From Octopus vulgaris (Eukaryota): a stretch of 64,000 nt of DNA. The position numbers were made by a program, and so were the translations under genes. The notes under the pieces were generated by a model that saw only the letters and a program-made list of their open reading frames with translations, was not told the origin of the DNA and searched no databases. The DNA is taken from assembly GCA_951406725.2 (NCBI GenBank), contig OX597814.1, positions 132,742,001-132,806,000 on the forward strand, given 5' to 3'. Positions 42,939 through 56,929 of the stretch are shown here, piece by piece. Numbering within the stretch: position 1 is the first letter of the stretch; each line of letters opens with the position of its first letter.

Positions 42939-45045
42939 CGCACGTATGTTATTACAAGTTAGGAAATATTTCAGAGCTCGAAAATTTCTTATCTTCTACA
43001 AAGCTCCGATGTGGCCCACAGGGGAATCCTGCCCCCATATCTCGAGAGTACCACAGATACACATACACACAGACATCCTAGATCCCATCCAAAGAAAAGA
43101 CATTTCATTGAATCCTATAAATCCTCTCGCAAAGTAACTCTAAACAATGAACCACATGTATGTTGCTTAGTATTCTGGCTTTACTGCTCTATGTTTCAAT
43201 GACCTCTGCACATAGAATATGCATATAGACAGGGGGCGAGGGGAGAGAAGAAAAAGAGAGACCGAGCAGACTCAATATAGCCGAATGTTTAAAAAATTAA
43301 TTTCGCAACCGCAAAATTCTTGATTCGATCCCATTCGTGATATCATAGGAAGATGTAATTATCCTAAGTTGGATTCATAAGAGGTACGGATTTGTCACTC
43401 AAGGCAACAGCAACTGAATGACACTTGTCTCACAAGGCCGATTCCACCCCCCACCCCCGACTTCCCAGAGAATTCCGTTATAGTAATACGTACCAGGGGA
43501 GTGCTCAGCCACTTATATATGTAAATTCGAAGGTAGAAAGTAATTCACTCGTTTGAAGAGCTGAATCCTTGATGATTATCAAACGGCAAGTGCACACACA
43601 GACACACACTTACATACATATATATATATACACACACACATATATGTAGGAATATTATGGTTATCTACACACGCGCGCACACACATATCTGTAAACATAC
43701 ATATATAAATACACACATACATACATGCACACATGCATACAAACATTTAAATATATATGAACATGTCAAGATATGCATGAGAATACATACATACATACAG
43801 ACACACATGCATACATACAAAAATACCCTGTTGTTGATGTTGAAATTCCAATTAAAGAGCCTTGAATCTAGGTTAGAAACCGTCTCTTTATCTATTGGCA
43901 AGAAATCTTGAAATGAAACTGAACAATGACATACATACATATGCATGATTCCTATAGTCTAGTCATTTGCCGCCGCGAGCTGATACGTTGTATTTACAAC
44001 ACTTTGCAAACACCCAAAAATTTTCTCCATGACAAAACACAGTGAATGGCCTCGTTACGGGTTCGAATATATATATATATGTGTGTATGTGTGTGTGTGT
44101 GTGTGTGTGTAAGAAAACAGATATGTCACAAATTGAAGACTTTTCTGATTAACTGTCCACTTTGGTAAAATAGCATGAAAGTCGGCGCATTCTATTATCT
44201 GAACTCAAACTGATATTTTCTTTCACTGTTATCCTTCTATAAGCGTTTTGGATTCATGCTTCAGCACATAATTCCGTGTTGTAGCATAGAACCAAAGCGG
44301 GGTCCACTACGAATTCGCTCCACCTTCTAAAAACTGCAGTGTGAATCATTCTCAATGAAAACCCTACTGTCCTTTACAGAAAGACACAAAGATAAACTCT
44401 GCATAAAACAAAGGGGAGGGTAGTTTTGACAGTAATATCTGTGATCATAACTTTGCTGAATCAAGGCAGAATGGAAACTAAACAATAATATCATGAGAGG
44501 TAACAGCAAAATTGATATGAAATTAATCGTAAAAATAAAATAATAGTTAGAAGACAATGGATCATAATTTAAAGCAGATAATCAATGTTGCTGAGAGAAA
44601 CAGTTTTTCCCCTGTTCTTAAAGATTGTTTTTCTTTTTTTTCTTCACAATTAATTAAGTTCTTTATGCTGGCAACCGATAAAGTTGAATTGATTTTTGGC
44701 ATGCTTAAGTATCGTGAGCTTCGAAATTCCTCTTCATTACCCCACTCCTCAAATTAACATGACTGCTCAAGATTAGAAACTATAAATATTGCGCAATAAT
44801 TTTTGTACAAAATATAGTTGACTGAGATGTCTAAAATGTTTAGTTTACTGATATAGTTGCAAAGATAAGTTGCCTTCTTTACCGAAGTCGTAATTAAAAA
44901 AAAAAAACATTTGTAGCCCCTATGTCTACATCCTAATATATAAATGTATTGCTACTTACATAACATATAGACACATAAATGCATATATGTATATTTACAT
45001 ACATGTGTATATGTAGATATATATGTGTATACATAATATATATGC

Positions 45046-45092
<47 letters not shown>

Positions 45093-45289
45093 TACACATA
45101 CACACATATATATATAAAATCTCCAGTAATGGAATTTTATTGACTTGCAATTGAAAAACAAAGATACCACACACACACACACACACACACATACACACAC
45201 ACACACACACGCACACACGCACACACGCACACACATACACAGACACAAACATACACACAAGCGTCTATTCTACCATGGGCAATGAAGTG

Positions 45290-45620
45290 GTTGCCAGAGA
45301 AATTTGGAATAGGATGAGAACTAAAAGGACAGGAATAAAAACAAAGATATTGAGACCAATGGATTACAGGAAAACTAATGGAACGTAAAATACCAATGCA
45401 ATAACATAAAAGAGCAACTGTAATTACAGCCATATTTGCATTGTTATCTAGGACCACAAAATGAAACCATTCACTTTTCTTTGAAATCTACTGCCCTTTT
45501 GATGCCATTATTGAAAAATACATACCAGAGGAAGAAAGAGATCCAAGAACTACTGATCTTTGCAAATCCATCACTTAAATATACTTAAAGCTTTATACAC
45601 ATTATGGTCGAGGGAAATAC
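45290..45620 (-). mobile_element. Possible very old CR1/L2-type RT remnant
   Basis: Minus-strand QRSVVLGSL (cf. PQGSVLGPL) and LDNNANMAVI. Weak, and the motif order is not clean. Confidence 0.3.
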
Positions 45621-47684
45621 GAAGCACGATCACATGTTCTTCAAGGTAAATTGCAATTCATTATTTGTTTTTGCATAGCATTTTTATTATGTGACTCATC
45701 GACATTTCAAAAACATAAATACCATCAGACACGTATGCAAATATACAAACGCTTGCATCTAGAGACATGGAAACATTTGAGAACATCGTTGAAGACAATT
45801 CTGTTGCATCATTTATTCTTAGAATTCCATCAATACACATCCAGAACACTTAACTGCAAACATACACGGATTTAATAAGTCTTCACCATTGATTAATATA
45901 GATATTATAATTTCTTTGAACAGCACAAGTATTAACTACCTACATCTTATACCTCAGAGTTATCACACATACACTCTCATCTTGATTTCTTATACATAGA
46001 TTATCCATCTGCATGATTAATAAAAGATTTCCGCTTTAGAACCACAAAGTATTTTAGCTCTAATTAGATTGTGAGCCTCTCAAAGTTCAAGTAGGAGTTA
46101 CTTTAATTTACATTTGTTTTTTGTTTTTTTGAGGCGGTCTTTTTCTAATTTTTTACTGTAAGATACATATATAAAGAAGTGAGCTGCTAGATTACAGACA
46201 CTAATCTTGTGTCCAAACCAACGCCATTTGACATAATGAAAAATCTCTTTCCCAAGCACACTTTAACTAGAAGCTGATAGATGCGTCATTTAGCATACTA
46301 TAACGCTACAATAATTGGATCTTTTTCTTTGAAACGACTAAATGCATCCCTCTTTCATACAGGACTGCTTGATATATATCCAGTTTTTTCGTCATGGATT
46401 TAAAACTTTATAGAAAAAAAGAAGCTACTACAAAATTAAAGGAAATATTTTTACAAAACCACTTTATAAATATCACAAGCAAAATACATTTTATCATTTG
46501 CAGTTTTCTATGTGATAAAAAGGAAGAATATTTATGGTTTATATATGTTGACGTACAGGGTATAAGGTGAGGGAGATGTACGTCTCACCCACCTTATTCC
46601 CAGTATTAAATACTTGTACATTGATCCACTAGGTGATATAGTCAGGAAATTACTCCACGCCTGTTCTTTTTTCCCCCACTTGGTCCTTTATGTACAGATA
46701 TTCAAACGCAATGACAAACTACATCACACTTGTAAGTTGAGTTACCTGTCAATCTCATACATGCTGAACTTCCATATTTCTAACTTTTAAACATACACGC
46801 ACACTAGCACATGCACATACATCCACATACATATGCGTGTAAAGTATGCGTTTGTCAAGCTAGTGAAAACGATTATTCCAGTTTCTAAACATTATTAATA
46901 TTGTTCTAAAATTATAACTCATTATCGTTAATACGTATTTATGCAGCGTTTAAACGAGTTTTTCACCTCTGTATTTATGATATATTTGCACAATTCTCTT
47001 TGTTTTATAGTAATCTCCTGTGATTGATTTGCTTGCTTGTGATATTTTGGCCTTAATTATTTTTATGTTTTCGATGTTGTTTAATTCCAGATCAACCAAA
47101 ACTGAGCAGACTTACGGTCAAAGTCATTCCATATGCGAAAATCTCGCTTTTCTTTTTACTTTCTCAGACACAATAACTTAGGCTTATAATATCCAATATT
47201 TACCGACGAAAGAAATCCTCATTAAGATTCTCATGGTCAATAATAAATAGATCAAAGAAAGAGAAATTATGAACAAAAATGGAAAAGGATAAAAACACCA
47301 ATAATCAAAATTTCTTCCAGTCATATCATACAGTTGAAGGGTACAATTCGTAGTTGCAATCGTGTTCAATGGTATAATTGTATTGGCATATCATTCTGTA
47401 CTTCATTTTTTTAAACCTTCCCAATCGTTATAAGTACCCAAAAACTTTTGTAGGAAGAAAGTCAGAAGTAAAAGAAACAAAAAAATGTTAGGGAAATATA
47501 CTCACATAAAAACAAATAAAGTAGTTTTACAATAATATTTTGTAGAAATATTTGATCAAAATTAAGCAAAATACTTTAACTCGTAATAATTCATGTAGGA
47601 TGAAAAGATAATAGCTTCCGTTAACACACATACACACACACGTACATATATATATATATGTATGTATGTGTGTGTGTGTGTGCG

Positions 47685-47715
<31 letters not shown>

Positions 47716-48428
47716 GCATATGTATATACGTAGATAATCATAATCGTATGTCATATTTTGTTTTAAAGGATACCATAAACTAGATGAAACGGTAACATAA
47801 TAGACAAGAGAATAGTGTGCATGACAAAAATGAAAAGATATAAAATGGAATAGAGAACGTATAAAACATTATAAAGTACATGAAAGGAAAATATTTAACG
47901 GACCCAGGAAGCTATTGCCATAAAACTGAGCTAAATATATGGGTTTTGTGATCACCCACTTCTCAATTAGTGACGTCAAATATGCATCTGGTTATGTCTA
48001 AGCTTCTCTGAAGAGATATAAGTAGCTTAATATTTACAGCATGTGAACATAAACCGTCTAAAATCATAGCTTTACCTGAAGTTTATTATCAATTTTACAG
48101 TTCCTGTGTATGATGCCACGCGTGGACATAATTATACGACTATTTCCAAACTTGTTTAAACTTATAAGAAAGTTGATGTTTTTGACAGTAAAAATTGCTG
48201 AAGAATGCTGATTATTGTCCTTCGAGAGAGTGTTTCATATAAAGTTATAATTATGGTCCTAAGTTCAATACACAGAACAAAAAATATACAATGAATATAT
48301 TATACATGTTATATTTACGCCGTTGATAATCACGTTTGCATGAAACGACGTTCGATCGGAGATGTAGGTTGCAATGGACTATTTTTCTTTTTTACTTACA
48401 CACATACGCGCGTGCACACACATGCATA

Positions 48429-48470
<42 letters not shown>

Positions 48471-48488
48471 AGTGTGTGTGTGTATGTA

Positions 48489-48550
<62 letters not shown>

Positions 48551-48849
48551 CATGTATATATATATATATATGTACTTACACCGCAGAAATATTTGTGCAT
48601 TATGCAGAAACGGTGTTTTCCCAAAGTCGCGTGTGCAAAGCCAATTGCTAAAAATGTCTGTAATAGATATATAACCATATTATTGACAAATACACGATCA
48701 CCTGTTTCTTTTTTCTTTTTTGTTACTTACGGATACTTCGACATCTATACAGATATATGTTCATATATGTTTGTGCGTACGTGCGCGCGTGTGTATCCAT
48801 GCATGACAATCTACTCTGTGCTCTATGTATCTGATCTCAAGGATAACTT

Positions 48850-49081
48850 TTACTTGTCTCAGTTATTAGAATGTGGTCAGACTGGGACACCACTTAGGAA
48901 CAATTTGCTTTAGTAGCATGAATCGACTCCAATACCGTGTTTTTTTGTTAAATTTTGCATTTATTCTATCGTGCTCTTTTGACGAACGGCTATATTATAA
49001 GGACGTAAACACGTCAACACCGGCTTTCAAACTAATGTGGGGAACAAACCCAGGACAAAAAGATACACACTATATGTATAT

Positions 49082-49146
<65 letters not shown>

Positions 49147-49850
49147 TGTATGTATGTCTATAAGAAATAATTAAGATTCAGTTGAATTCGGTACTTAAGT
49201 TGAAGCACCAAGTCAGTCCGGTATTATCCACACACCTTATTTGGATTTCATATAATCCTGGTGTCGTTTTGTTCGACCAAAGGCGGTGCTCCAGCATGGC
49301 CGCAGTCAAATGGCTGAAGTAAATTAAAGAATAAAATAATATATACGCACACAAATACATACATACATACATACATACATACATAAGCAGCACACACACA
49401 CACACGCATATATATCTTTTATCTTTTATGTTTGACATGTTTTAACCTTTGGATTGAGGCCTTGGACGGAGCCCTTCAACTGAGGCTTTGGATTGAACCC
49501 TTGGAATGTAACCTTGGACTGACGCCATGTCGGGGCACCATCGTATGTCGTTTTAGTCGAGCAAACGGTCACAAGTACTTACTTTTCAATAATTGTTTTT
49601 AAAGTCTGCTACATACATTTGTTGCTAAACATACTCACTGCTAAGGGAACATAAAGAGGCCAACACCGGTTGTCAAGCGATAGTAGGGGACAAGCACAAA
49701 GGCAGACACACAGACACACATGCAAGACGGTCTTTTAAATCTCTTTGTTTTGTGCTACAATAGGAAACACTTGCCCAGCGTACTACGCAGTGGGACTGAA
49801 CCCGAAGTCATGTTGTTGGGAAGCAACATCTCTTACCATGCAGTCATTTT
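48850..49850. mobile_element. Cluster of family B SINE pieces in both orientations plus a family F fragment (49174-49235)
   Basis: Plus-strand tail gttcgaccaaaggcggtgctccagcatggccgcagtcaaatg at 49270-49320. Minus copies contain ccggttgtcaagcgat and cacttgcccagcgtactacgcagtgggactgaacccg. Confidence 0.8.
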
Positions 49851-51339
49851 GTCCATAATTTACCAATTATTCATTATAAAGTATCAAATTCGTCCATAGT
49901 GCACTTACGACGAAGTAAGACTATTTCCGAAGTATATGATGCTTAATGATATTATCATAAAGCAGTAAAATAGGACAATGAGTTGTTAGTGTATCAAACA
50001 GAATATTTGCAGTATATGTTCCGGAACTTGGTGTTTTGCATGCAAATCTCACAAATACAAACTTTGCCTTTCATCCTTTCGAAGCAGAAAAAGTAGCATT
50101 CCAGAACTAGACACGGTTCCGCTCTGTCGCTATGTGTATGGTACATCCTTCTCTCTTGCTCGTTTTCTGTTTAAACACACACACAGCCACGCAAAGAGTG
50201 ATATAACATCATGTGTGTGTGTTTAATTTTTTAATTGCTTTATATTTATATTAGACATTTTAAAAGGTTATATTTCAGACCTCAGTGAAGCAAAGTGCAC
50301 AAGAAAAAAGTGTTATTATCATATGTTATAGATACGCAATCGATTTTTAGAGGGATGAGGTCTTCAATATACATCTGTTTGTAAATATCGTATCTTAGAA
50401 ACATGAAGGTTAATAGTCACCGATGTCTTTCTTTGTATTGAGTTACGTCATTTAAGCGTCACCGCGGCCTTTTATGTATAAGGGTAAATTGATATGGAAT
50501 ATTATCTCTATAGTTGTGTGATACTAATTGCGATTTGTCAATTATGCTCAAGGACATAGTTTCCAGCAGGCCTGGGCCCAGAATATGCATGTACAGAATC
50601 AACTTCAAACTTTCAGGATTTCTTGTAACAACATTTGCTTATTTATACATTACATTGTCGATATAAAGTGAACATTTTCGGGCGACAGATATATCTATTC
50701 AGAGCTTTTACAATATATTAGAATTTTAATCAATTCCAATAACTCTAATTCACTGTCAGTATTTGGACCCTACCTATTATCGAATGCCATTCTCATTCGA
50801 AATTGTATTACATATTGAATCACTGAGTATTACAAGACCTATTGGTATCTATCTGCAAACCAGGAAGATGTCTGGATAAGTTACCTTAGCTACACTGAAA
50901 TGTAGTTATATTACGTTTTGATTGATCGAGTGATTGACTGACCTGTCTATGAACCTGTATCAGGTTTCAGTACTATCTTGTATAAAATGTTTTCATCTAG
51001 AAATTTTCGTGAATCATAAAAGATGAATTATTTGTATGTGGTGACTTTGTATACATAGACTATTCTCTTTCCAGCCAGGCATATATCAAGTGTTGATCAG
51101 TTTGCATATTTTACAGCACATAACTATTGATCTCTTTTGAATAACAACTAGGTCCTTCTGTGATATTTGACACTGAGCCAATCTATTAAAGTCATTTCAT
51201 ACATTGACAGAAAGGAAAGACAGTGTTAATCATGAAAAGATTTTAAGATGCCACCTAAATTGTTGGATGTAAATAAAGCATTATATTATGACTTAGTGTG
51301 AGTTGCACTTTTGTAAATCAATATTAACATTTAACAAAA

Positions 51340-51740
51340 GAGGTGAGCTGGCAGAATCATTTGCACGCCGGGTCAAATGCTTAGCGGCATTTAATCCGTC
51401 TTTACGTTCTGAGTTCAAATTCCGCCGAGAACGATTTTGCTTTTCATCCTTTCGGAGTCGAGGAAATAAGTACCAGTTAAGCACTGGTGTCGATGTAATC
51501 GATTTAGTCCCTGCCCAAAACTTGCTGGTTTTGTATCAAAATTTGAAACCAATATCAACACATACATTAAGGCGGCAAACTGGTAGATTTTGTTTACCGC
51601 ACCGTGCAAAATGATTAGGGTAATTTCTTTTTCAACTTTAGGTTACGAGTTCAAATACAACAGGATCGACTTTACCTTTCATCACTTTGGGTCGATAAAA
51701 GAAGTACTAGTGGACACAGGGGTCAATGAAATCGACTTTG
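51340..51740 (+). mobile_element. Two tandem family A SINEs
   Basis: gaggtgagctggcagaatc..gagttcaaattccgccgag..ttttcatcctttcggagtcg, then aaggcggcaaactggtaga..gagttcaaa..cctttcatcactttgggtcgataaa. Confidence 0.85.
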
Positions 51741-52219
51741 AGAGAGACTGGTACAGATTCAAAATCGTGTTACATTATACAGAGACGAAACTCTGTATAA
51801 GGGTCATGTTACCTTATACAGAGACATGTTACCTTATACAGAGACGAAGATAAATGTTATAAACCAAATGCTTAATTTATTGTTCAACTCTCTCTCCATC
51901 TCTCCTCCTCTCCCTCCCTCCGTCTCTCACTCTCTCTCTTTGCTGATATTGTCATCCTTTGTTTTGGTTGTTTTTAATGTTTTAAACCCATTAGCAGTAG
52001 CCTGCAATTTCAGAGATGTTGCCAGCTACACAAAATGTAACACTGTTCCTGACTAAGTTCCTCATCAATTTGCCATAAGCTCATCTTTTGCAAATATCTC
52101 TCATTGCTATAAGTTTGGACTACTGTTTGACTTCATCGTCAGCATATCCTGTTTTACGAAACTCTAATTAGATGCACATATACATATAGGCATATATAGA
52201 TATTTTCTCTTTATATCTT

Positions 52220-52258
<39 letters not shown>

Positions 52259-52574
52259 CACACGCACACACATCCACGCATACAATTTTCATATTAAATC
52301 ACAAACACATGCACATAATTACACAAACACACACACACACACACACACTTGCACCCAGAAACACATATATGACGTTCATGCCTACTATCATACACGCGCA
52401 CACTCACATTTGCTTGCGTGCGGGAAATTATATGTGTACAAGGACTTCTTAACGTGTTTTAACGTGTTTTAACATGTTTCATGCGAAGCAATAATCGAAA
52501 TCATGTGGGCGAAAGGATTTATATTCATAATATTGAAAGGATTCATATTCATAAATTCAAAATAAAGTAATTAT

Positions 52575-52990
52575 TTTCCTTTAGGCACATGACCAGCAAT
52601 TTTCGGGTAAGGGTTAGTTGAATACATCGACCCCACTAACACAACTAATACCTTATTTCATCGACCCCAAGAAGATGTTAGACAAAGTTGACATAGGTAG
52701 TATTTGAACTCAGAACGTAAAGAGTCGGAATGAATACTGTAAACCATATTTTTCCTTGTTCAAATGATTCTGCAAGTTCGCCATCTGAGTAATAACTTTC
52801 ATAAATTTGACACAAGGGCAGCAATTTTAGGGGGAACGAGTTCAACTGATCCCTATTTTACCGACACCGAAAGGATGAAAGTCAAACTTGACCTCAGCGG
52901 TTTTTGAAATCACAGCGTAAAGAGCCGGAAGAAATGCTACTTTATATTTTGTCCGACTCGATAAGAGTTCTGTCAGATCGCCTCCCTAAT
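52575..52990 (-). mobile_element. Two tandem family A SINEs
   Basis: ttatttcatcgaccccaagaagatg..tttgaactcagaacgtaa and accgaaaggatgaaagtcaaacttgacctc. Confidence 0.82.
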
Positions 52991-53177
52991 GAAAGTAATT
53001 CTTTCTACTATAGGCACAAGGTTTGGAATATTCGAGAATGCTACATTTTATCCTGACTACTCTGACTAATCTGCCAGCTCGCTGCCTAATGACAACTGTT
53101 TCAAATAATAAAAACACCGTTTATAATGCACCTCTACTCTTTAAAATGAGAAACTGGAAACACTCTGGATAATTATT

Positions 53178-53330
53178 TTACATTATTTACATTTGACGGA
53201 TATTTTTCCTCATCTTGTTTGTTAACGCAATGTTTCGGCTGACATACCTTCCAGCCTTCATCAAGTATCTTGGGGAAATTTCGAACCGAGGTTCTCATTC
53301 CTAAGGTATTTTTCGATAATGTTGTTGCTA

Positions 53331-53394
<64 letters not shown>

Positions 53395-53518
53395 CATTAT
53401 TATTAATATTATTATTATTATTATTATCATTATTATTATTATTATTATTCAGGTCACTGCCTGGAATCGAACTCCGAATCTTGGTGTTAGCAGCCCGCGC
53501 TCTTAACCACTACGCCGT
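53178..53518 (-). mobile_element. Full-length hammerhead-tailed SINE (family H): tRNA head + (AAT)n + HHR-bearing tail
   Basis: Head ggcgtagtggttaagagcgcgggctgctaacaccaagattcggagttcgattccagg (53450-53516, A and B boxes); (AAT)n spacer ~53330-53449; HHR AUAC UUGAUGA A GGCUG-GAAGGUAUGU-CAGCC GAAA CA UU GCGU at 53225-53268. Confidence 0.85.
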
Positions 53519-54899
53519 AAGTATTTGACAATGTGCATGTGTAGATGTTCATGTTTGAATGCGAGATCTATGTTTGTGTAGACCTTCAGCAATTCGAAAC
53601 ACTCATAACATTTGCGTATGTAATAGATATATATATCATATTCAAGATATCAGAAACACCACATTTCGGACAAAATACATCCTTTCAACGAAGATAATAA
53701 CGTTAAATTAACTCTCCTGGTGCAGCGGTTTCTAAGTTTATCATTAATCATCCACTTCCATCAAATCTATGGCTAATAGCAGTTATTCTTTAGCAAATCA
53801 CTTTTAGCTGGATCTCGGTTAGTAGATATATATTTTTGTTTGTATATAACATTATGAAGTTTTTTTTCATATGATAAGAGTACTCTACATGCTTACATCT
53901 TTTTCATCGTTTTTCGTGGTTAAACGTTATTGGTGATAACGTTGTAAACCTTTTTTTTCTTCCTTTTTCATATATAGATCTCTATATTTCAATCTACCAC
54001 TCTGTAACTAGAATAGATTCAATTAACATTAACCCTGATCGCAAAGCTGACTTACGTGCATACAGCAGAAATCCATACAAGTGTCATTACTTTCAATATT
54101 AATATTTCTTTCAGATGGTTTATATTTTCTGAGAGTTGTCACTGCATTGCAAGCACAGCTGTAAACGCCTTGGCTTCGAGAAAGAAATCCATACAATATG
54201 TGCGTGTGTGGGTGGGAAATCTCTGGTAATTTCTTTCCTTCTATTTTACTGATATTTGCGATCATCCATTTGTTACATTATTTACATTTTGTTATGTTTG
54301 GACTATTTCTTGAGATTTTACGGCTTCGCATGATTGTCCACTTTTGTTTGTTTTGAACATCTTTGTTTGTGGTTATTCTTTCTATCTCTGCTTCTTACCA
54401 AACTACATCTATAGCTGATGCTGTCGGCATTACATTTGGTATCTATTTTATGTTTACCACGTTTCTAAAGTAAGGGTCAAAACGTTACTTTTGTCCAAAA
54501 GGTCATTACTTTTATAGCACTTTTTAAGATTCAGCTGGAAACTCTTGTTTCAGACATTGTTAGATTTTAGTTGTTTTTTTATGCTATACTGCAATATTTG
54601 TCTTTCCATTTTTTTCCCCGTTTCGTTGCTAATTTTAATAGAGACCAAATGTTTGTTTCTCTTATCTATTTTGTCTTTTCCTGTTGATTACCTGCATTTT
54701 AGTATCTCTAAATAAATGGTTTTGAGAGAATACCTACTTTCTACTGTAAACAAAATTCCATATATTTCATTTAATTTGGTAATTGTGTTCATTTTTATTA
54801 AGCCTCGGACGCCGATATTTTCTTTTGTATTTTTTGATTTAAAAAAAAAATTCATATTTGACTATTTATTAACATACACTTTAAAAAAAGAAAAATGAA

Positions 54900-55170
54900 G
54901 AGAAAAGATGGGGAAAAGCAGCCGAAGATGGAAGGGGTGGGGCGTTGGGCCACATATCTCAAAACACCGAGAATGTTCAACGACACTTGCTGCAGTAGCC
55001 ACCCAACCTTGCGGTGCTCATTTCTCCAGCGGGCGGCGGCTATTCTTATTTTGCGGAGGAAATCGGTAGTTCGGATTCCTAGAACACCTAACGTCTCGAC
55101 GGCAACCAGAACAAACTGATAGCGGCCGGCCAGGCTCCTGTACTCCTCGATTTTTCTTTCCTTCGCTTGT
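54900..55170 (-). mobile_element. 3' fragment of a CRE-like non-LTR retrotransposon (RLE C-terminus)
   Basis: RKIEEYRSLAGRYQFVLVAVETLGVLGIRTTDFLRKI...WLLQQVSL matches 'K..KY......F.P.AVETLG..G..A..FL......L.QR.S'. Confidence 0.78.
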
Positions 55171-55634
55171 GGCACATGTTGTATAATCAAGTTTCTCTAT
55201 GTGAACAAATTTCGTTGATCCATAGGAATATCTTTTATCATCATATTTATTTCTATATTTATTCTCGCAGGCTCATGACCTTCTACTCTAGAGTATATAA
55301 AACTACAGACACCTTTATATACGCTGTAAAGTATACATTAAGAATATCAATAAAACAACAACAACAACAGCACGTATAACCGCAAGAGAAACTGTAGAAA
55401 CAGAAATATCCATATGACTAACATCATCAGCAAATTTAACAGTAGTATCAACGGGGGAGGAGGATCGAAGAATAATAATATCCGAAGGATATTCCAACCC
55501 AATATTCCCTCTTCCAATGATCCTATTTTCCCCACTCCTGCATGCACAAATACGGACGTACACACTCAGGAAAACATGCTGTTGAGACGTCCAATTCGAA
55601 GTTTTCCTGCAATATCCGTTGTCTTCACTTTCTC

Positions 55635-55760
55635 AGGTCAAATTTCACCGAGGTTCACTTTGCCTCAGCGAAATAAGTACCAGTTGAGTACTGGGGTCGA
55701 TGTAATAAACTTACCCTCCACCCCGAAATTGCTGGCCTTGTGGCAAAATTTGAAATCAGT
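55635..55760 (+). mobile_element. Partial family A SINE
   Basis: aaataagtaccagttgagtactggggtcgatgtaat..ggccttgtggcaaaatttgaaa. Confidence 0.8.
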
Positions 55761-56929
55761 ATCTTTAGTTTGATTGCATTCACCCAGACCATCAAAAGAT
55801 AATTGTGTTCCTTTAAGTTTTGCATTTTATGTTTTATTTGCCCCGTAGGAAATATCTACACGTTTTTTCTGGACAATATTACATAAACCGCACTAAAGGA
55901 GTATATGATTTCTTTTTATGACAACCTCACTACAAGATCGTTTCCGTGTTAAGCCATTGTTGTTACAACAGAAGCAAAAACTTCATAATGTCATGTTTAA
56001 AAACGTGGTATTCAATGATGGATTCATAGATATGTTGTTGTTTGAAGGAGTAAAAGTGAGAGAAATACAAATGATTCGAAGAGCGATAACAACTCTACAA
56101 TATATATGAAAAGACAACAATAGCGTCATGGAAACAGCCACCAATGTTGCCGCCATAGAAACCAAAAACATTGACGTCACTGTCAGTGTAACTATTACCG
56201 CTGCAGTTTTGACGTCACTGCATAGATAAAAACGATTCACATTGCCATTTACAGCAGAAGCAGCTACAGGTATCAAGAAGCAGCATAAGAGGCATTATAA
56301 ACAAAAACAACGGAGATAAATGAACACAAAAGATAACATGAACAACGCTGGACTTATTGTTCGCTGAAAGTACTAAGAGGTGACTGCAGGTAGCCTGTCT
56401 AACTCACAAAAACTATTCATAAAAGATCGAGCAGAAATAACAATTCTCTTGAGCCTTGGTGGGACACTACTACCAGAGCGTTGTACCTGTCCCGAAAAAC
56501 GACTGACCTGACTAAAGCACATACACTTTTGCTTCCAGTATTTCGCAAGCTGGAAGATCCATGTTATAAAAATTCACATCATGGAGATCTCTGTACACCA
56601 TGGCTAACGATGCATAGGAATGTACTGAGGCAAATGTATCTACAGCCGTATCTACGGCTGTATAGTTATGTATTGAAGCTGAAGTACTTGCAAGCCTTAT
56701 TAACGATACTTCAGAAGAGATTGCTGAAACTTCGAAACAACTGTAACGGTGAATAGATGTGCTCCCCAGTTTTGCTCCATACGCAGCTCATCTTTTAAGC
56801 TAGGTGATGAGAAAATTGAGCTGGAGCTTTGTAATGCACTCGGTACACTCAACTTGCTGGACAATATTCTTGACGGAAATTTGACTGCTGCAGTGTATAA
56901 TGAGTTAGTGCGTATAATCTCGACGATAG

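Noticed and set aside
49443-49525. CRISPR-like array
   Set aside because: No spacers, units too short, eukaryotic context, no cas genes.
53450-53516. tRNA-Ser(GCT) gene
   Set aside because: Acceptor and anticodon stems do not pair properly and there is no long variable arm; it is a SINE head. The same holds for the tRNA-like heads at 11.9, 17.0 and 35.8 kb.
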